A DNA stretch of 64,000 bases from Nemertoderma westbladi (Eukaryota; Animalia; Xenacoelomorpha), in contig JAUCBJ010007494.1 in the NCBI GenBank assembly GCA_032718475.1, positions 18,243 through 82,242 of the forward strand. Reading direction: 5' to 3'. Under the pieces are notes generated by a model. It was not told the DNA's origin. It saw nothing but the letters and a program-made list of their open reading frames with translations, and did no database searches. Of the stretch, positions 23,301 through 36,306 are shown in pieces. How positions within the stretch are numbered: position 1 is the stretch's first letter; each line of letters starts with the position of its first letter. Both the position numbers and the translations under genes were made by a program.

Positions 23301-26300
23301 TATAGGGGGGAGCAGTTGGATTGGGCTGAGGCTGATGGAAGGGTGGAGCTGGAGCCACAGCGGGTGGTATAGGGAGGAGCAGTTGGATTGGGCTGAGGCT
23401 GGTGGAAGTGTGGAGCTGGAGCCACAGCGGGTGGTATAGGGAGGAGCAGTTGGATTGGGCTGAGGCTGGTGGAAGGGTGGAGCTGGAGCCACAGCGGGTG
23501 GTATAGAGAGGAGCAGTTGGATTGGGCTGAGGCTGGTGGAAGTGTGGAGCTGGAGCCACAGCGGGTGGTATAGGGAGGAGCAGTTGGATTGGGCTGAGGC
23601 TGGTGGAAGGGTGGAGCTGGAGCCACAGCGGGTGGTATAGGGGGGATCAGTTGGATTGGGCTGAAGCTGATGGAAGGGTGGAGCTGGAGCCACAGCGGGT
23701 GGTATAGGGAGGAGCAGTTGGATTGGGCTGAGGCTGGTGGGAGGGTGGAGCTGCAGCCACAGCGGGTGGTATAGGGAGGGGCAGTTGGATTGGGCTGAAG
23801 CTGGTGGAAGGGTGGAGCTGGATCCACAACGGGTGGTATTGGGAGGAACAGTTGGATAGGGCTGAGGCTGGTGGAAGGGTGGAGCTGGATCCACAGCGGG
23901 TGGTATAGGGAGGAGCAGTTGGATAGGGCTGAGGCTGGTGGAAGGGTGGAGCTGAGCCACAGCGGGTGTTATAGGGAGGAGCAGTTGGAATGGGCTGCGG
24001 CTGGTGGAAGGGTGGAGCTGTAGCTACAGCTGGTGGTAGGGAGGATCAGTTGGATTGGGCTGAGGCTGGTGGAAGGGTGGAGCTGAGCAACAGCGGGTGT
24101 TATAGGGAGGAGCAATTGGATAGGGCTGAGGCTGGTGGAAGGGTGGAGCTGCAGCCACAGTGGGTGGTATAGGGAGGAGCAGTTGGATTGGGCTGAGTCT
24201 GGTGGGAGGGTGGAGCTGGAGCCACAGCGGGTGGCATAGGGAGTAGCAGTTGGATTGGGCTGAGGCTTGTGGAAGGGTGGAGCTGGAGCCACAGCGGGTG
24301 GTATAGGGAGGAGCAGTTGGATTGGGCTGAGGCTGGTGGAAGGGTGGAGCTGGAGCCACAGCGGGTGGTATAGAGAGGAACAGTTGGATTGGGCTGAGGC
24401 TGGTGGAAGTGTGGAGCTGGAGCCACAGCGGGTGGTATAGGGAGGAGCAGTTGGATTGGGCTGAGGCTGGTGGAAGAGTGGAGCTGGAGCCACAGCGGGT
24501 GGTATAGGGAGGAGCAGTTGGATTGGGCTGAGGCTAGTGGAAGGGTGGAGCTGGAGCTGGAGCCACAGCGGGTGGTATAGGGAGGAGCAGTTGGATTGGG
24601 CTGAGGCTGGTGGAAGGGTGGAGCTGGAGCCACAGCGGGTGGTATAGAGAGGAGCAGTTGGATTGGGCTGAGGCTGGTGGAAGTGTGGAGCTGGAGCCAC
24701 AGCGGGTGGTATAGGGAGGAGCAGTTGGATTGGGCTGAGGCTGGTGGAAGGGTGGAGCTGGAGCCACAGCGGGTGGCATAGGGGGGAGCAGTTGGATTGG
24801 GCTGAGGCTGATGGAAGGGTGGAGCTGGAGCCACAGCGGGTGGTATAGGGAGGAGCAGTTGGATTGGGCTGAGGCTGGTGGGAGGGTGGAGCTGCAGCCA
24901 CAGCGGGTGGTATAGGGAGGGGCAGTTGGATTGGGCTGAGGATGATGGAAAAGTTGAGCTGGAGCCACTGCGTCTGGCATAGGGAGGAGCAGTTGGATTG
25001 GGCTGAGGCTGGTAGAATGGTGGAGCTGGAGCCACAGCGGGTGTTATAGGGAGGAGCAGTTGGATTTGGCTGAGGCTGGTGGAAGGGTGGAGCTGGAGCC
25101 ACAGCGGGTGGTATAGGGAGGAGCAGTTGGATTGGGCTGAGGCTGGTGGAAGGGTGGAGCTGGAGCCACAGCGGGTGGTATAGAGAGGAGCAGTTGGATT
25201 GGGCTGAGGCTGGTGGAAGTGTGGAGCTGGAGCCACAGCGGGTGGTATAGGGGGGAGGAGTTGGATTGGGCTGAGGCTGATGGAAGGGTGGAGCTGGAGC
25301 CACAGCGGGTGGTATAGGGAGGAGCAGTTGGATTGGGCTGAGGCTGGTGGGAGGGTGGAGCTGCAGCCACAGCGGGTGGTATAGGGAGGGGCAGTTGGAT
25401 TGGGCTGAGGATGATGGAAAAGTGGAGCTGGAGCCTCTGCGTGTGGCATAGGGAGGAGCAGTTGGATTGGGCTGAGGCTGGTAGAATGGTGGAGCTGGAG
25501 CCACAGCGGGTGTTATAGGGAGGGGCAGTTGGATTGGGCTGAGGCTGGTGGAAGGGTGGAGCTGGTGCCACAGCGGGTGGCATAGGGAGGAGCAGTTGGA
25601 TTGGGCTGAGGCTTGTGGAAGGTTGGAGCTTGAGCCACAGCGGGTGTTATAGGGAGGAGCAGTTGGATTGGGCTGAGCCTGGTGGTAGGGTGGAGCTGGA
25701 GCCACAGCGGGTGGCATAGGGAGGAGCAGTTGGATTGGGCTGAAGCTTGTGGAAGGGTGGAGCTGGAGCCACAGCGGGTGGTATAGGGAGGAGCAGTTGG
25801 ATTGGGCTGATGCTGGTGGAAGGGTGGAGCTGGAGCCACAGCGGGTGGTATAGAGAGGAGCAGTTGGATTGGGCTAAGGCTGGTGGAAGTGTGGAGCTGG
25901 AGCCACAGCGGGTGGTATAGGGAGGGGCAGTTGGATTGGGCTGAGGCTGGTGGAAGGGTAGAGCTGGAGCCACAGCGGGTGGTATAGGGGGGAGCAGTTG
26001 GATTGGGCTGAGGCTGGTGGAAGGGTGGAGCTGGAGCCACAGCGGGTGGTATAGGGAGGAGCAGTTGGATTGGGCTGAGACTGGTGGGAGGGTGGAGCTG
26101 CAGCCACAGCGGGTGGTATAGGGAGGGGCAGTTGGATTGGGCTGAGGCTGGTGGTAGGGTGGAGCTGGAACTACAGTGGGTGGTATAGGGAGGAGCAGTT
26201 GGATTGGGCTGAGGCTGGTGGAAGGGTGGAGCTGGAGCCACAGCAGATGGTATAGGGAGGAGCAGTTGGATTGGGCTGAGGCTGGTGGAAGGGTGGAGCT

Positions 26301-28851
26301 GGAGCCACAGCGGGTGGTATATGGAGGAGCAGTTGGAAAGGGCTGAGTCTGGTGGAAGGGTGGAGCTGGAGCCACAGTGGGTGGTATAGAGAGGATTAGT
26401 TGGATTGGGCTGAGGCTGGTGGAAGGGTGGAGCTGAGCCACAGCGGGTGTTATAGGGAGGAACAGTTGGATTGGGCTGAGGCTGATGGAAAAGTGGAGCT
26501 GGAGCCACTGCGTGTGGCATAGGGAGGAGCAGTTGGATTGGGCTGAGGCTGGTGGAAGGGTGGAGCTGGATCCACAGCGGGTGGTATAGGGAGGAGCAGT
26601 TGGATAAAGCTGAGGTTGGTGGAAGGGTGGAGCTGGAGCTACAGCGGGTGGTATAGGGAGGATCAGTTGGATTGGGCAGAGGCTGGTGGAAAGGTGGAGC
26701 TGGCGCCACAGCGGGTGGTATAAGGAGGAGCAGTTGGATTGGGCTGAGGCTGGTGGAAGGGTGGAGCTGGATCCACAACGGGTGGTATTGGGAGGAACAG
26801 TTGGATAGGGCTGAGGCTGGTGGAAGGGTGGACCTGGATCCACAGCGGGTGGTATAGGGAGGAGCAGTTGGATAGGGCTGAGGCTGGTGGAAGGGTGGAG
26901 CTGAGCCACAGCGGGTGTTATAGGGAAGAGCAGTTGGATTGAGCTGCGGCTGGTGGAAGGGTGGAGCTGTAGCAACAGCGGGTGTTATAGGGAGGAGCAA
27001 TTGGATAGGGCTGAGGCTGGTGGAAGGGTGGAGCTGGAGCTACATCGGGTGGTATAGGGAGGATCAGTTGGATTGGGCTGAGGATGGTGGAAGGGTGGAG
27101 CTGGATCCACAGCGGGTGGTATAGGGAGGAGCAGTTGGATAGGGCTGAGGCTGGTGGAAGGGTGGAGCTGGAGCTACAGCGGGTGGTATAGGGAGGAGCA
27201 GTTGGATTGGGCTGAGGCTGGTGGAAGGGTGGAGCTGGAGCCCCAGCGGGTGGTATAGGGAGGAGCAGTTGGATTGGGCTGTGGCTGGTGGAAGGGTGGA
27301 GCTGGAGCCACAGAAGGTGTTATAGGTAGGAGCAGTTGGATTGAGCTAAAGCTGGTGGAGCTGGAGCCACAGCGGGTGTTATAGGGATGGGGCAGTTGGA
27401 TTGGGCTGAGGCTGGTGGAAGGGTGGAGCTTGAGCCACAGCGGGTGGTATAGGGAGGAGCAGTTGGATTGGGCTGAGGCTCGTGGGAGGGTGGAGCTGGA
27501 GCCACAGCGGGTGGTATAGAGAGGAGCAGTTGGATTGTGCAGAGGCTGGTGGAAGGGTGGAGCTGGAGCCACAGCGGGCGGTATAGGGAGGAGCAGTTGG
27601 ATTGGACTGAAGCTGGTGGAGCTGGAGCCACAGCGGGTGTTATTGGGCGGAGCAGTTGGATTGGGCTGAGGCTGGTGGAAGGGTGGAGCTGGAGCTACAG
27701 CGGGTGGTATAGGGAGGATCAGTTGGATTGGGCTGTGGCTGGTGGAATGGTGGAGCTGGATCCACAGCGGGTGGTATAGGGAGGAGCAGTTGGATAGGGC
27801 TGAGGCTGGTGGAAGGGTGGAGCTGGAGCTACAGCGGGTGGTATAGGAAGAATCAGTTGGATTGGGCTGAGGCTGGTGGAAGGGTAGAGCTGAGCCACAG
27901 CGGGTGTTATAGGGAGGAGCAGTTGGATAGGGCTGAGGCTGATGGAAGGGTGGAGCTGGAGCCACATCGGGTGTTATAGGGAGGAGCAGTTGGATTGGGC
28001 TGAGGCTGGTGGAAGGGTGGAGCTGGATCCACAGTGGGTGGTATAGGGAGGAGCAGTTGGATAGGGCTGAGTCTGGTGGAAGGGTGGAGCTGGAGCCACA
28101 GCGGGTGGTATAGAGAGGATCAGTTGGATTGGGCTGAGGCTGATGGAAGGGTGGAGCTGAGCCACAGCGGGTGTTATAGGGAGGAGCAGTTGGATTGGGC
28201 TGAGGCTGATGGAAAAGTGGAGCTGGAGCCACTGCGTGTGGCATAGGGAGGAGCAGTTGGATTGGGCTGAGTCTGGTGGAAGGGTGGAGCTGGAGCCACA
28301 GCGGGTGGTATAGGGAGGGGCAGTTGGATTGGGCTGGGGCTGGTGGAAGGGTGGAGCTGGAGTTACAGCGGGTGGTATAGGGAGGAGCAGTTGCATTGGG
28401 CTGAGGCTGGTGGAAGTGTGGAGCTGGAGCCACAGCGGGTGTTATAGGGAGGAGCAGTTGGATTGGGCTGAGGCTGGTGGAAGGGTGGAGCCACAGCGGG
28501 TGTTATTGGGAGGAGCAGTTGGATTGGGCTGAGGTTGGTGGAAGGGTGGAGCTGGAGCCACAGCGGGTGGTATAGGGAGGAGCAGTGGGATGGGGCTGAG
28601 GCTGGTGGAAGGGTGGAGCTGGAGCCACAGCGGGTGGTATAGGGAGGAGCTGTTGGATTGGGCTGAGGCTGTTGGAAGGGTGGAGCTGGAGCCACAGCGG
28701 GTGGTATAGAGAGGAGCAGTTGGATTGTGCAGAGGCTGGTGGAAGGGTGGAGCTGGAGCCACAGCGGGCGGTATAGGGAGGAGCAGTTGGATTGGGCTGA
28801 GGTTGGTGGAAGGGTGGAGCTGAGCCACAGCGGGTGGTATAGAGAGGAGCG
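20313..28851. repeat. 67-bp G-rich tandem satellite, about 125 units, with higher-order blocks
   Basis: Period 67 (e.g. GAGCCACAGC at 20531 and 20598); variant units recur at about 20430, 22170 and 23985. Confidence 0.98.
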
Positions 28852-30454
28852 GTTGCCCTGGTGACATTACGATCCAATCTGGGTACCAAGTGATGGGTGC
28901 CTCTCAAAAGGTAGGTGCTAAAATGCACAACGAGCAACAATGAGCAATAATGAGCACCAACGGGCAAAAACGAGCAAACACTTGGGAACTATGATAAATA
29001 CACATCATGACTATTGGATAATCAGTAAGTACAATACGTAAGTAGCTGTGTAACAGTAACTATAATAAAGTAACTTAACAGTACTCCACTATACTGTAGA
29101 TTGAAGATATACATTCATTACACAGTATAATGTATACCAGTAATATACCGAATATACACCATATCCTATGTAGAATATAGTGTCGTTATTGAACGCAACC
29201 CCCCCCCCCCCCACCCCCCTCCCCCCAGCCCAAATTTTTACACAATGCCATTTTTTTTGCAGAATGGCACCTTTTTTGACGAAAGGCAACGACATCGATA
29301 TATAACACATATATTATTTATTATTGCTCGTTAAATAATTAAATAATTAATAGAAAAAAATAATCTCCATTAGCGTTCATCCATAATGTAGTTTAACTTT
29401 AAAGAGGTGTGTTTTCATTAACCCACCAAAGACCGTTTGATTCAGGTTACACCAAGGACCGTTTGGGTCAAATTGACCCACAGTACAGTATATTATTGAT
29501 AAATATATCATTCAAAATGACCAAAAGTGAGGCATTATCAGTGTGAAAACTCATTTGCGACTTACGGCCCAGTTACTTATGCTATTTACATCCGATTTGG
29601 TTTCAATAACGAGCGTAGCGAGTGACACAACGAAACGAGAGTTTCTCATTTTGATCAGATATGTACTGTATGTAGTGCACCAGGTCCAGACCCATTACCG
29701 GCTACTGCATTATGAAAATCGCCCACGCCAGGTAAAATTTGAAAGAGAACCGCGCCAATCTGTACTGTTACGATACTGATGGTATCTGGTACAATCTGTA
29801 CTCGTTACTGTACAGTACTATTGTATGTACATAGAAATTTTGACAACTCCACCTGAACAAGCCTGTGTATAAGATGAGTTTCATAATATCATTCACGTAA
29901 GTACTCAGACTATTTACTTCAAACTGGGATTGATTAATGAGCGAAGCGAGTGACACAAAAACCGAGGACCTAAAGCTATGGGACCTAAACGCTTTGTGAC
30001 CTGATGACCTACTGCTACTGACCTAACTCAGTAACTGCCTAAAGTATACAGATGTGTGGACCTAACGCTACCAGGCTGCCAGGCTACATTGTCCACAAAA
30101 GAGATTCTCAAAAATGTTTCCATTTCAAGCACAACTTTTATATATTAGCCCAATTTATTAATTTATACTGTAGGCCTATAGGCTAATGACAGACACAATG
30201 ACCACTGGTTGCCAATAGGCGGTAGGCCTAGATAGCTAGATGATATATTTATGGCTATTATAGCCAGACAGCCAGATACGAGTCAGCCAGTCCCGGTAGC
30301 TTTAGGTCCTGGTGGCCTGGTACTGTAGCTTTTAGGTCCGTGGCCTACACTTTACACAGGTTACATAGACGAGTTGAAAGGAACCAAAACTTAAACGAGA
30401 GTTAGGAATAATTTAATTGAGAATTAGGACCGATTTGGACCTAACGCTACATTA

Positions 30455-30750
30455 CCACTCCGAGTGGAAGAGAATTCCAAATATTGGGCGCAGCTACAGC
30501 GAAATATCGATTACAGTAGCTCTCTAGGTTAAATCGTGGGATGATGGGGAGACTCTGGTCATTGGAGCGCAGTGGGCGTGGTTGATAGTGTGGATGCAAG
30601 AGATCAGTAAGATAGGCCGGACCCATATTACTGTATTAAGCCACACTTACTGTATATGTCAAAAGTGCAAATTTATTATCAATACGGCGCAGAATAGGCA
30701 GCCAATGAAGATCACGCAACACTGGTGTAATGTGCTCTGTTTTACCGAAA
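30455..30750 (-). mobile_element. CR1/L2-type LINE ORF2 3' fragment
   Basis: Minus strand reads KTEHITPVLRDLHWLPILRRIDNKFALLTY and then PAYLTDLLH..PRPLRS..PRF..FAVAAPNIWNSLP, the typical CR1/L2 post-RT tail. Confidence 0.85.
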
Positions 30751-30849
30751 CGTAACTTTATTTCCGAATTACGACTCTTGCCGAACGTGATAGTTGCCGA
30801 AACGCGATGTAACCACTGCGCTGCGACGTACAGTACCTGTATGTAAGTG

Positions 30850-31575
30850 GTCGCCAGGCGCCCGCAGTCTGTCTGTAACTGGTATCCAGACGCCCGCATT
30901 CTGTCTGTAACTGGTAGCCAGGCGCCAGCAGTCTGTCTGTATCACTGTATCTGAGAGGCAGGCGCTAGCAGTCTGCCTGTATCTGGTATTCAGATACCCG
31001 CAGTCTGTCTGTAACTGGTAGCCATAGCCAGGCGCCAGCAGTCTTCCTGTAACTGGTAGCCAGACGCTAGCAGAGTCTGCCTGTAACTGGTATCCTGACG
31101 GCCGCAAAGGCTGTCTGTAACTGGTAGCCAGGCGCTAGCAGTCTGACTGTAACTGGTATCCAGACGCACGCAGTCTGTCTGTAACTGGTAGCCAGGCGCC
31201 AGCAGTTTGTCTGTATCTGGTAGACAGACGCTAGCAGAGTCTGCCTGTAACTGGTATCCTGACGGCCGCAGTCTGTCTGTAACTGGTAGCCAGGCGCCAG
31301 CAGTCTGCCTGTAACTGGTAGCCAGGCGCCAGCAGTCTGCCTTTAACTGGTATCCAGACGCCCGCAGTCTGCTGAAACTGGTAGCCAGGCGCCAGCAGTC
31401 TGTCTGTATCTGGTAGCCAGGCGCCAGCAGTTTGTCTGTATTTGGTAGCCAGGCGACAACAGTCTGCCTGTAACTGGTAGCCAGGCGCCAGCAGTCTGCC
31501 TTTAACTGGTATCCAGACGCCCGCAGTCTATGTCTGTAACTGCAACTGGTAGCCAGGCGGCAGCAGTCTTTCTGT
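30850..31575. repeat. 31/32-bp minisatellite (CAGTCTGTCTGTAACTGGTAGCCAGGCGCCAG), about 22 units
   Basis: Tandem units directly visible. Confidence 0.93.
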
Positions 31576-31822
31576 ATAAGAATGTAATTTAAAGTGATAA
31601 CTAACACACAATGGTATCTATACTAAGGTAGTTACTAATAATTGTTCTATAAAGGTCTTAATACTTGCCGCCTTTGATTGCCTTTATGAGACTTTATTCA
31701 TTGCATAAGTAATTGCCTTTGTCAAAAGTGTATAAATAGGAGGAGTTTTAGGCATTAAAACCATTCTCTATCAGAAAATTATCATAACTTTAGTTACAAA
31801 GTTATTTACAAATACTGTAAAA

Positions 31823-34800
31823 ATGTTACCCGTAAGTCTTAAACTATTTCCTCTGCTGTCAGCTCTTTTCCTACTCCAGGTAAGTTTATTTAATGCATAA
31901 AGTATTCATTTAGCGTTGTTATCTGAATTATTCATTTAATGATTTGCTCACGTGAAAAAATAAACCCTTTATTAAGGATGTTAGATTTATTCATCAAAAC
32001 AAAACAAAATGTTTTCTCACAGAATTATTCCACAAACAGAAATTGTATTTAAATGGTTAGCATCCTAGAGAGAGTGACAACGCATACATGACTGTAGCCA
32101 ACAGCTGTTTGACTGTCTCACAAACTGTCTGTTAGTTATTCAGTTCACATTTATTTTGGTTTTTGTCCCAGTATTGCAGACTGGTTTGCTATTATTATGG
32201 CCTCCCCCAGTCTGATGTGTCCGGATATCCATATTGGTTGTCCAGTTGTCCTTTTTAGTTGTCTAGTTGTCCGTATAGGTTATCCCCGTCACCACCATTT
32301 GGTCTCCCGATGTCGCGTTGGATATCCGTCTGTCCACGTCTGTTTCCCTGGCCACGTCTTATTCCCATGTCCACATTTGTTGTCCCGTTGTCCCCACACC
32401 AATTGTACCCCAACTCATATCAGTTTTCTTGTAATATTGTAATATGTGGTGGATTTTTCAACATTTTCTATCGCAATAATTTTTATTATCCGTTTAAATC
32501 ACTCATGATGTCCTTTTTTTTTTACTTTTTATGTCCTCCAGAAATTTACCTTTAGGTTCCATGCTACCGGTTTCTCTACTGCTGTTCTCCCAGGCTGCTA
32601 TCAGTACCGGTATTAGTATATAGAGCACTATTTTGCTGTATTATTGCTGTATTGTTTGTACAGATGTAGGTATTAAGCAGGTATTTTAGTACCGGTACCG
32701 GCACCGGTACTGCTGTAGGCCTACTGTGTACCCTTGTTACCATTAGAATACGGTATTGGTAGGCCTACCGGCTGACCGGTTGTGCTAATAAATTTTAAAT
32801 AATTGATAGGCCAAACTAGATTGTGGAAAATGTGGATATACCTTTCAGTTTCACATACATAATTTATCAGTTTTATAATGGATCATGACTACTGTCTGTG
32901 TAGTGTTACTGATAGCGGCACCACTACTTCCAACAGCACAGATCAGTTCATAAACTCATACGTACTCGAAAAAACTACTTATACATGTTATACCCCGTTA
33001 CCGTTTCCATTTGATACCGTTACCGTTGGTTTGAAAATCCCGCCTCTGTAACATGCTCCTTTCCCTCAATTAGTTAAGTGATCGTTTATTTTTTTGGTTA
33101 GAAAATCCCGCCTCTGTAACCTGCTCCTTTCCCTCAATTAGTTAAGAGGTCGTTTATTGTTTTGGTTAGGAAATCCCGCCTCTGTAACCTTCTCCTTTCT
33201 CTCAATTGGTAATGTTATCGTTTATTGTTTTGGTTAGAAAATCCCGCCTCTGTAACCTGCTCCTTTCCCTCAAGTAGTTAAGTGATCGTTTATTGTTTTG
33301 GTTAGAAAATCCCGCCTCTGTAACCTGCTCCTTTCCCTCAATTAGTTAAGAGATTGTTTATTGTTTTGATTAGAAAATCCCGCCTCTGTAACCTGCTCCT
33401 TTCCCTAATTTGGTAAAGTGACCGTTTATTGTTTTGGTTAGAAAGGCTAACCTCTAGTAACCTGCTCCTTTCCTTCATTTGGTAAAGTGACTGTTTATTG
33501 TTTTGGTTAGAAAATCCGGCCTTAACCTGCTCCAACCAACCTTAACCAGAAAAAGTGAATTTTGAAAAAAATGCGACTTATGGTCTTTTTACATTGCACG
33601 GCAGAGCTATTTATAATTTATTTATTATTACAGGCAAATGATGGACAATGTGGAGCCATTAATGTAAGTTTATTTGTTATTTTAAATTATTATTTTAAAT
33701 GTAGTTTCATGCGATTTCATAGATATTGTAAGTGGTGACAAGTTGAGATAAATTCATAAAAGTTATAAAATAATTGAGTTGAGATAATGTCTGGGAGACC
33801 TCTGGTGACCAAAAAAGAAAGGGTAACAACAGTTACGAGCTTTCACCCGACAGGGCTTCTCAAGCCATTCATCAAGCCCTGTCGGGTGAAAGCTCGTAAC
33901 TGTTGTTACCCTTTCTTTTTTGGTCACCTGAGTGTCTCCCAGACATTATCTCAACTCAATTATGATTACTACGGTGACGAGAGCGCGACAATTTCTTAAA
34001 AGTTATAAAAATATTTCCTAACAGGTTACAGAGCCGGAAGAACAGAATACAGAGTTGAAAGAAATATTAAAGTTGAATGACCAAGTAAAAGATATACTTA
34101 CAAACCTAATTAACCAAGTCGATGAGCTAAATAACGATGTTAGTTTCTTAACCAGTAATTATTTGTAACATAATTATTTGTTAAATTTAACTTCATACGA
34201 TTTCATAGATATTGTAAGCGAGTTGAATTAATAAAAAATTATAAAAATATTTCCTAACAGGTTACAGAGTTGGAACAACAGAATACAGAGTTGGAGGGAA
34301 ATATTACACGGTTGAATGACCAAGTAAACGATTTAAATACAAACCTAACTAACCAAGTCGATGTAAATAATGAGCTAAAGAACGATGTTAGTTTCTTAAC
34401 CAGTAATTATTTGTAACATAATTATTTGCCGTGTTGAAGTCCTTCTGTTTTATTATTATGTTTTTATTTATTTGTGTGGAATTAATTTCGCACTACCAAA
34501 TCGCCAGGCCGACATATTTCCTAACTTTATATCGCTGTGCGACATTATTTCTCAGTATGTCCCTACGCCATATATTTACTATGTATTTCAGTATATCCAG
34601 TATGTCACCGCGTCATTATTAGGTTGTTCTAGAAAGTTTAAGTGCAAAACTACAAATAATTCCCCACAAATAAATAAAATTAGATTCGCCGTTGTTCATA
34701 ATTACCACATTAAATCTTTTACGGCCCTCGTTTTATTATTTCACTAAACAAAATCACTCGTGCCGTAACGCTATAATGTGCTATTTTATGAGCAACGACG

Positions 34801-35657
34801 TAATATAGTTAGTATTTAATTGCTCTAAATGTTGGGTCGAAATGCCGGCGTTTAATGATTTCCCTAGAGAACTCCAATCCAACCACTGATCAGATGTGTG
34901 CAGAGGATTTACAGAATTTAATAAACAATTTCGATTAATAATATTTCCTAACAGGTTACAGAGTTGAACGAGTTAGTTTACAGGTTACATGATACAGAGA
35001 TAGTGATTTCATCCATTACACTGTATCAGCTAATGGCTCCTCTGCTATTAAAGCATAATGATGGAGTAAAGATTCAACAAAGAGTTGATGGATCTGTTGA
35101 CTTCTATCGAAACTGGGATGAATATGTTGAAGGATTTGGTGATCCGAATACCAACTTTTGGTTGGGGTTGGAGGCGATCCACAATGTGAGTAAAGGCGGG
35201 GTGAAGTTGAGAGTCGATTTGTGGTTTACTGGATGGGGGATATTACCGTAAGAATTATTATATTAGAATATTACCGGAAGAAAGGAGGGCTTATCCCAAT
35301 GATAAAATCACTGGTGAGGGAAAGAATTACAACAACGAACACAAATACGCGGAATACAACAACTTCTCTGTCGGATCAGCTGCAACTAATTATCGCCTAC
35401 AGGTATCCGGTAACCATGGTACTGCTGGTGACTCATTGGAGCGGAACAACGGTCTCCCATTCTCTACCAAGGACCGCGATAATGACGGGAGGGACTCCAA
35501 CTGCGCCGTAGATGAAACTGGGTCGTGGTGGTACAACTACTGCGGGTTGAGTAACTTGAACGGAGAATACGGTGCGGGGGCTTATAAAGGACCTTATTGG
35601 TATCGTTTTACTGGAGTGAATCCGGCTTCTCGAGTTGAAATGAAGATTTGGATTTAG
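31823..35657 (+). CDS. Secreted fibrinogen-related (FReD; ficolin/angiopoietin-like) protein gene, 5 coding exons, frameshifted in the last exon (possible pseudogene)
   Basis: Phase-0 GT-AG exons: 31823-31879 (signal peptide MLPVSLKLFPLLSALFLLQ), 33634-33663, 34025-34138, 34261-34386 (duplicated coiled-coil exons) and 34955-35657 with IQQRVDGSVDFYRNWDEYVEGFG, FWLGLEAIH, FSTKDRDND, GSWWYNYCGLSNLNG. TATAAA at 31731; AATAAA near 35738. Confidence 0.85.
33033..33535. repeat. 68-bp tandem repeat, about 7 units, intronic
   Basis: GAAAATCCCGCCTCTGTAACCTGCTCCTTTCCCTCAATT.. recurs at 33033, 33101, 33169 and onward. Confidence 0.93.
33770..33963. repeat. Near-perfect palindrome (about 90-bp arms, 15-nt loop), intronic foldback/MITE-like insertion
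   Basis: ATAATTGAGTTGAGATAATGTCTGGGAG...CGACAGGGCTT paired with AAGCCCTGTCG...CTCAACTCAATTAT. Confidence 0.92.
34452..34610 (+). repeat. Short dispersed repeat, second copy at about 57075-57200
   Basis: TTTTTATTTATTTGTGTG.AATTAATTTCGCACTACCAAATCGCC...TGCGACATTATTTCTCAGTA is shared by both loci. Confidence 0.85.
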
Positions 35658-36306
35658 TAAATCTGTAAGTTTTATATAAAATTACTAAATAATTCCAACA
35701 GAGTTGCGTTGGAAACTAACTTTTACATTTAATTATAAAATAAATATAAATAAAATATAATAATATATTTGGCTGAAAAGTTAATAATAATAATTAATAA
35801 TAATGAGTTCCGGTATAAATATCGTTTTTTACTATAAAATTATTTACTTTAACGTTTTTATTATTTATTTTGCAGTTAGAATTCCCAATAAGTTTTAGAA
35901 GAGACTGAATCTTGGCTGTTCTGCTGTATGTTACCAGTTTATATGTGTGATGGTTATGGGTTATTGGTTAATGTTTGGTTAATATTTACAATATATTAAT
36001 AAATTATAGTTGCAATAACTTAACTTTATTTACTTAACTTGCTGTTAGACCAGGAGGGGCCGGTTGCATATAAATCAACCTTAGCTAAGGTGCACCTTAA
36101 CTCATAAGTGTTGCCTTAAATACTTCAACATCCGTATCAGTTGTTGTCTGCCTAATATTACCTAATATATTTTATAGAAACATTTTGAGAACGTCGGAGG
36201 AGGTCCGAGAGCAAAATTTGGACTTTTCAAAATCAGCTGATATAATTAAACAAATTAATTGTTAATTAAAATTCTTTATTACCTAATAATATACAAATAA
36301 ATCCTA

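Noticed and set aside
20313-28851. Functional Chi sites (GCTGGTGG in each unit)
   Set aside because: Chi acts through bacterial RecBCD; here it is just part of a G-rich minisatellite core.
20257-28967. Many long Pro-rich minus-strand ORFs
   Set aside because: They arise from a 67-bp (non-triplet) satellite read in all three frames; no unique coding flanks or splice context.
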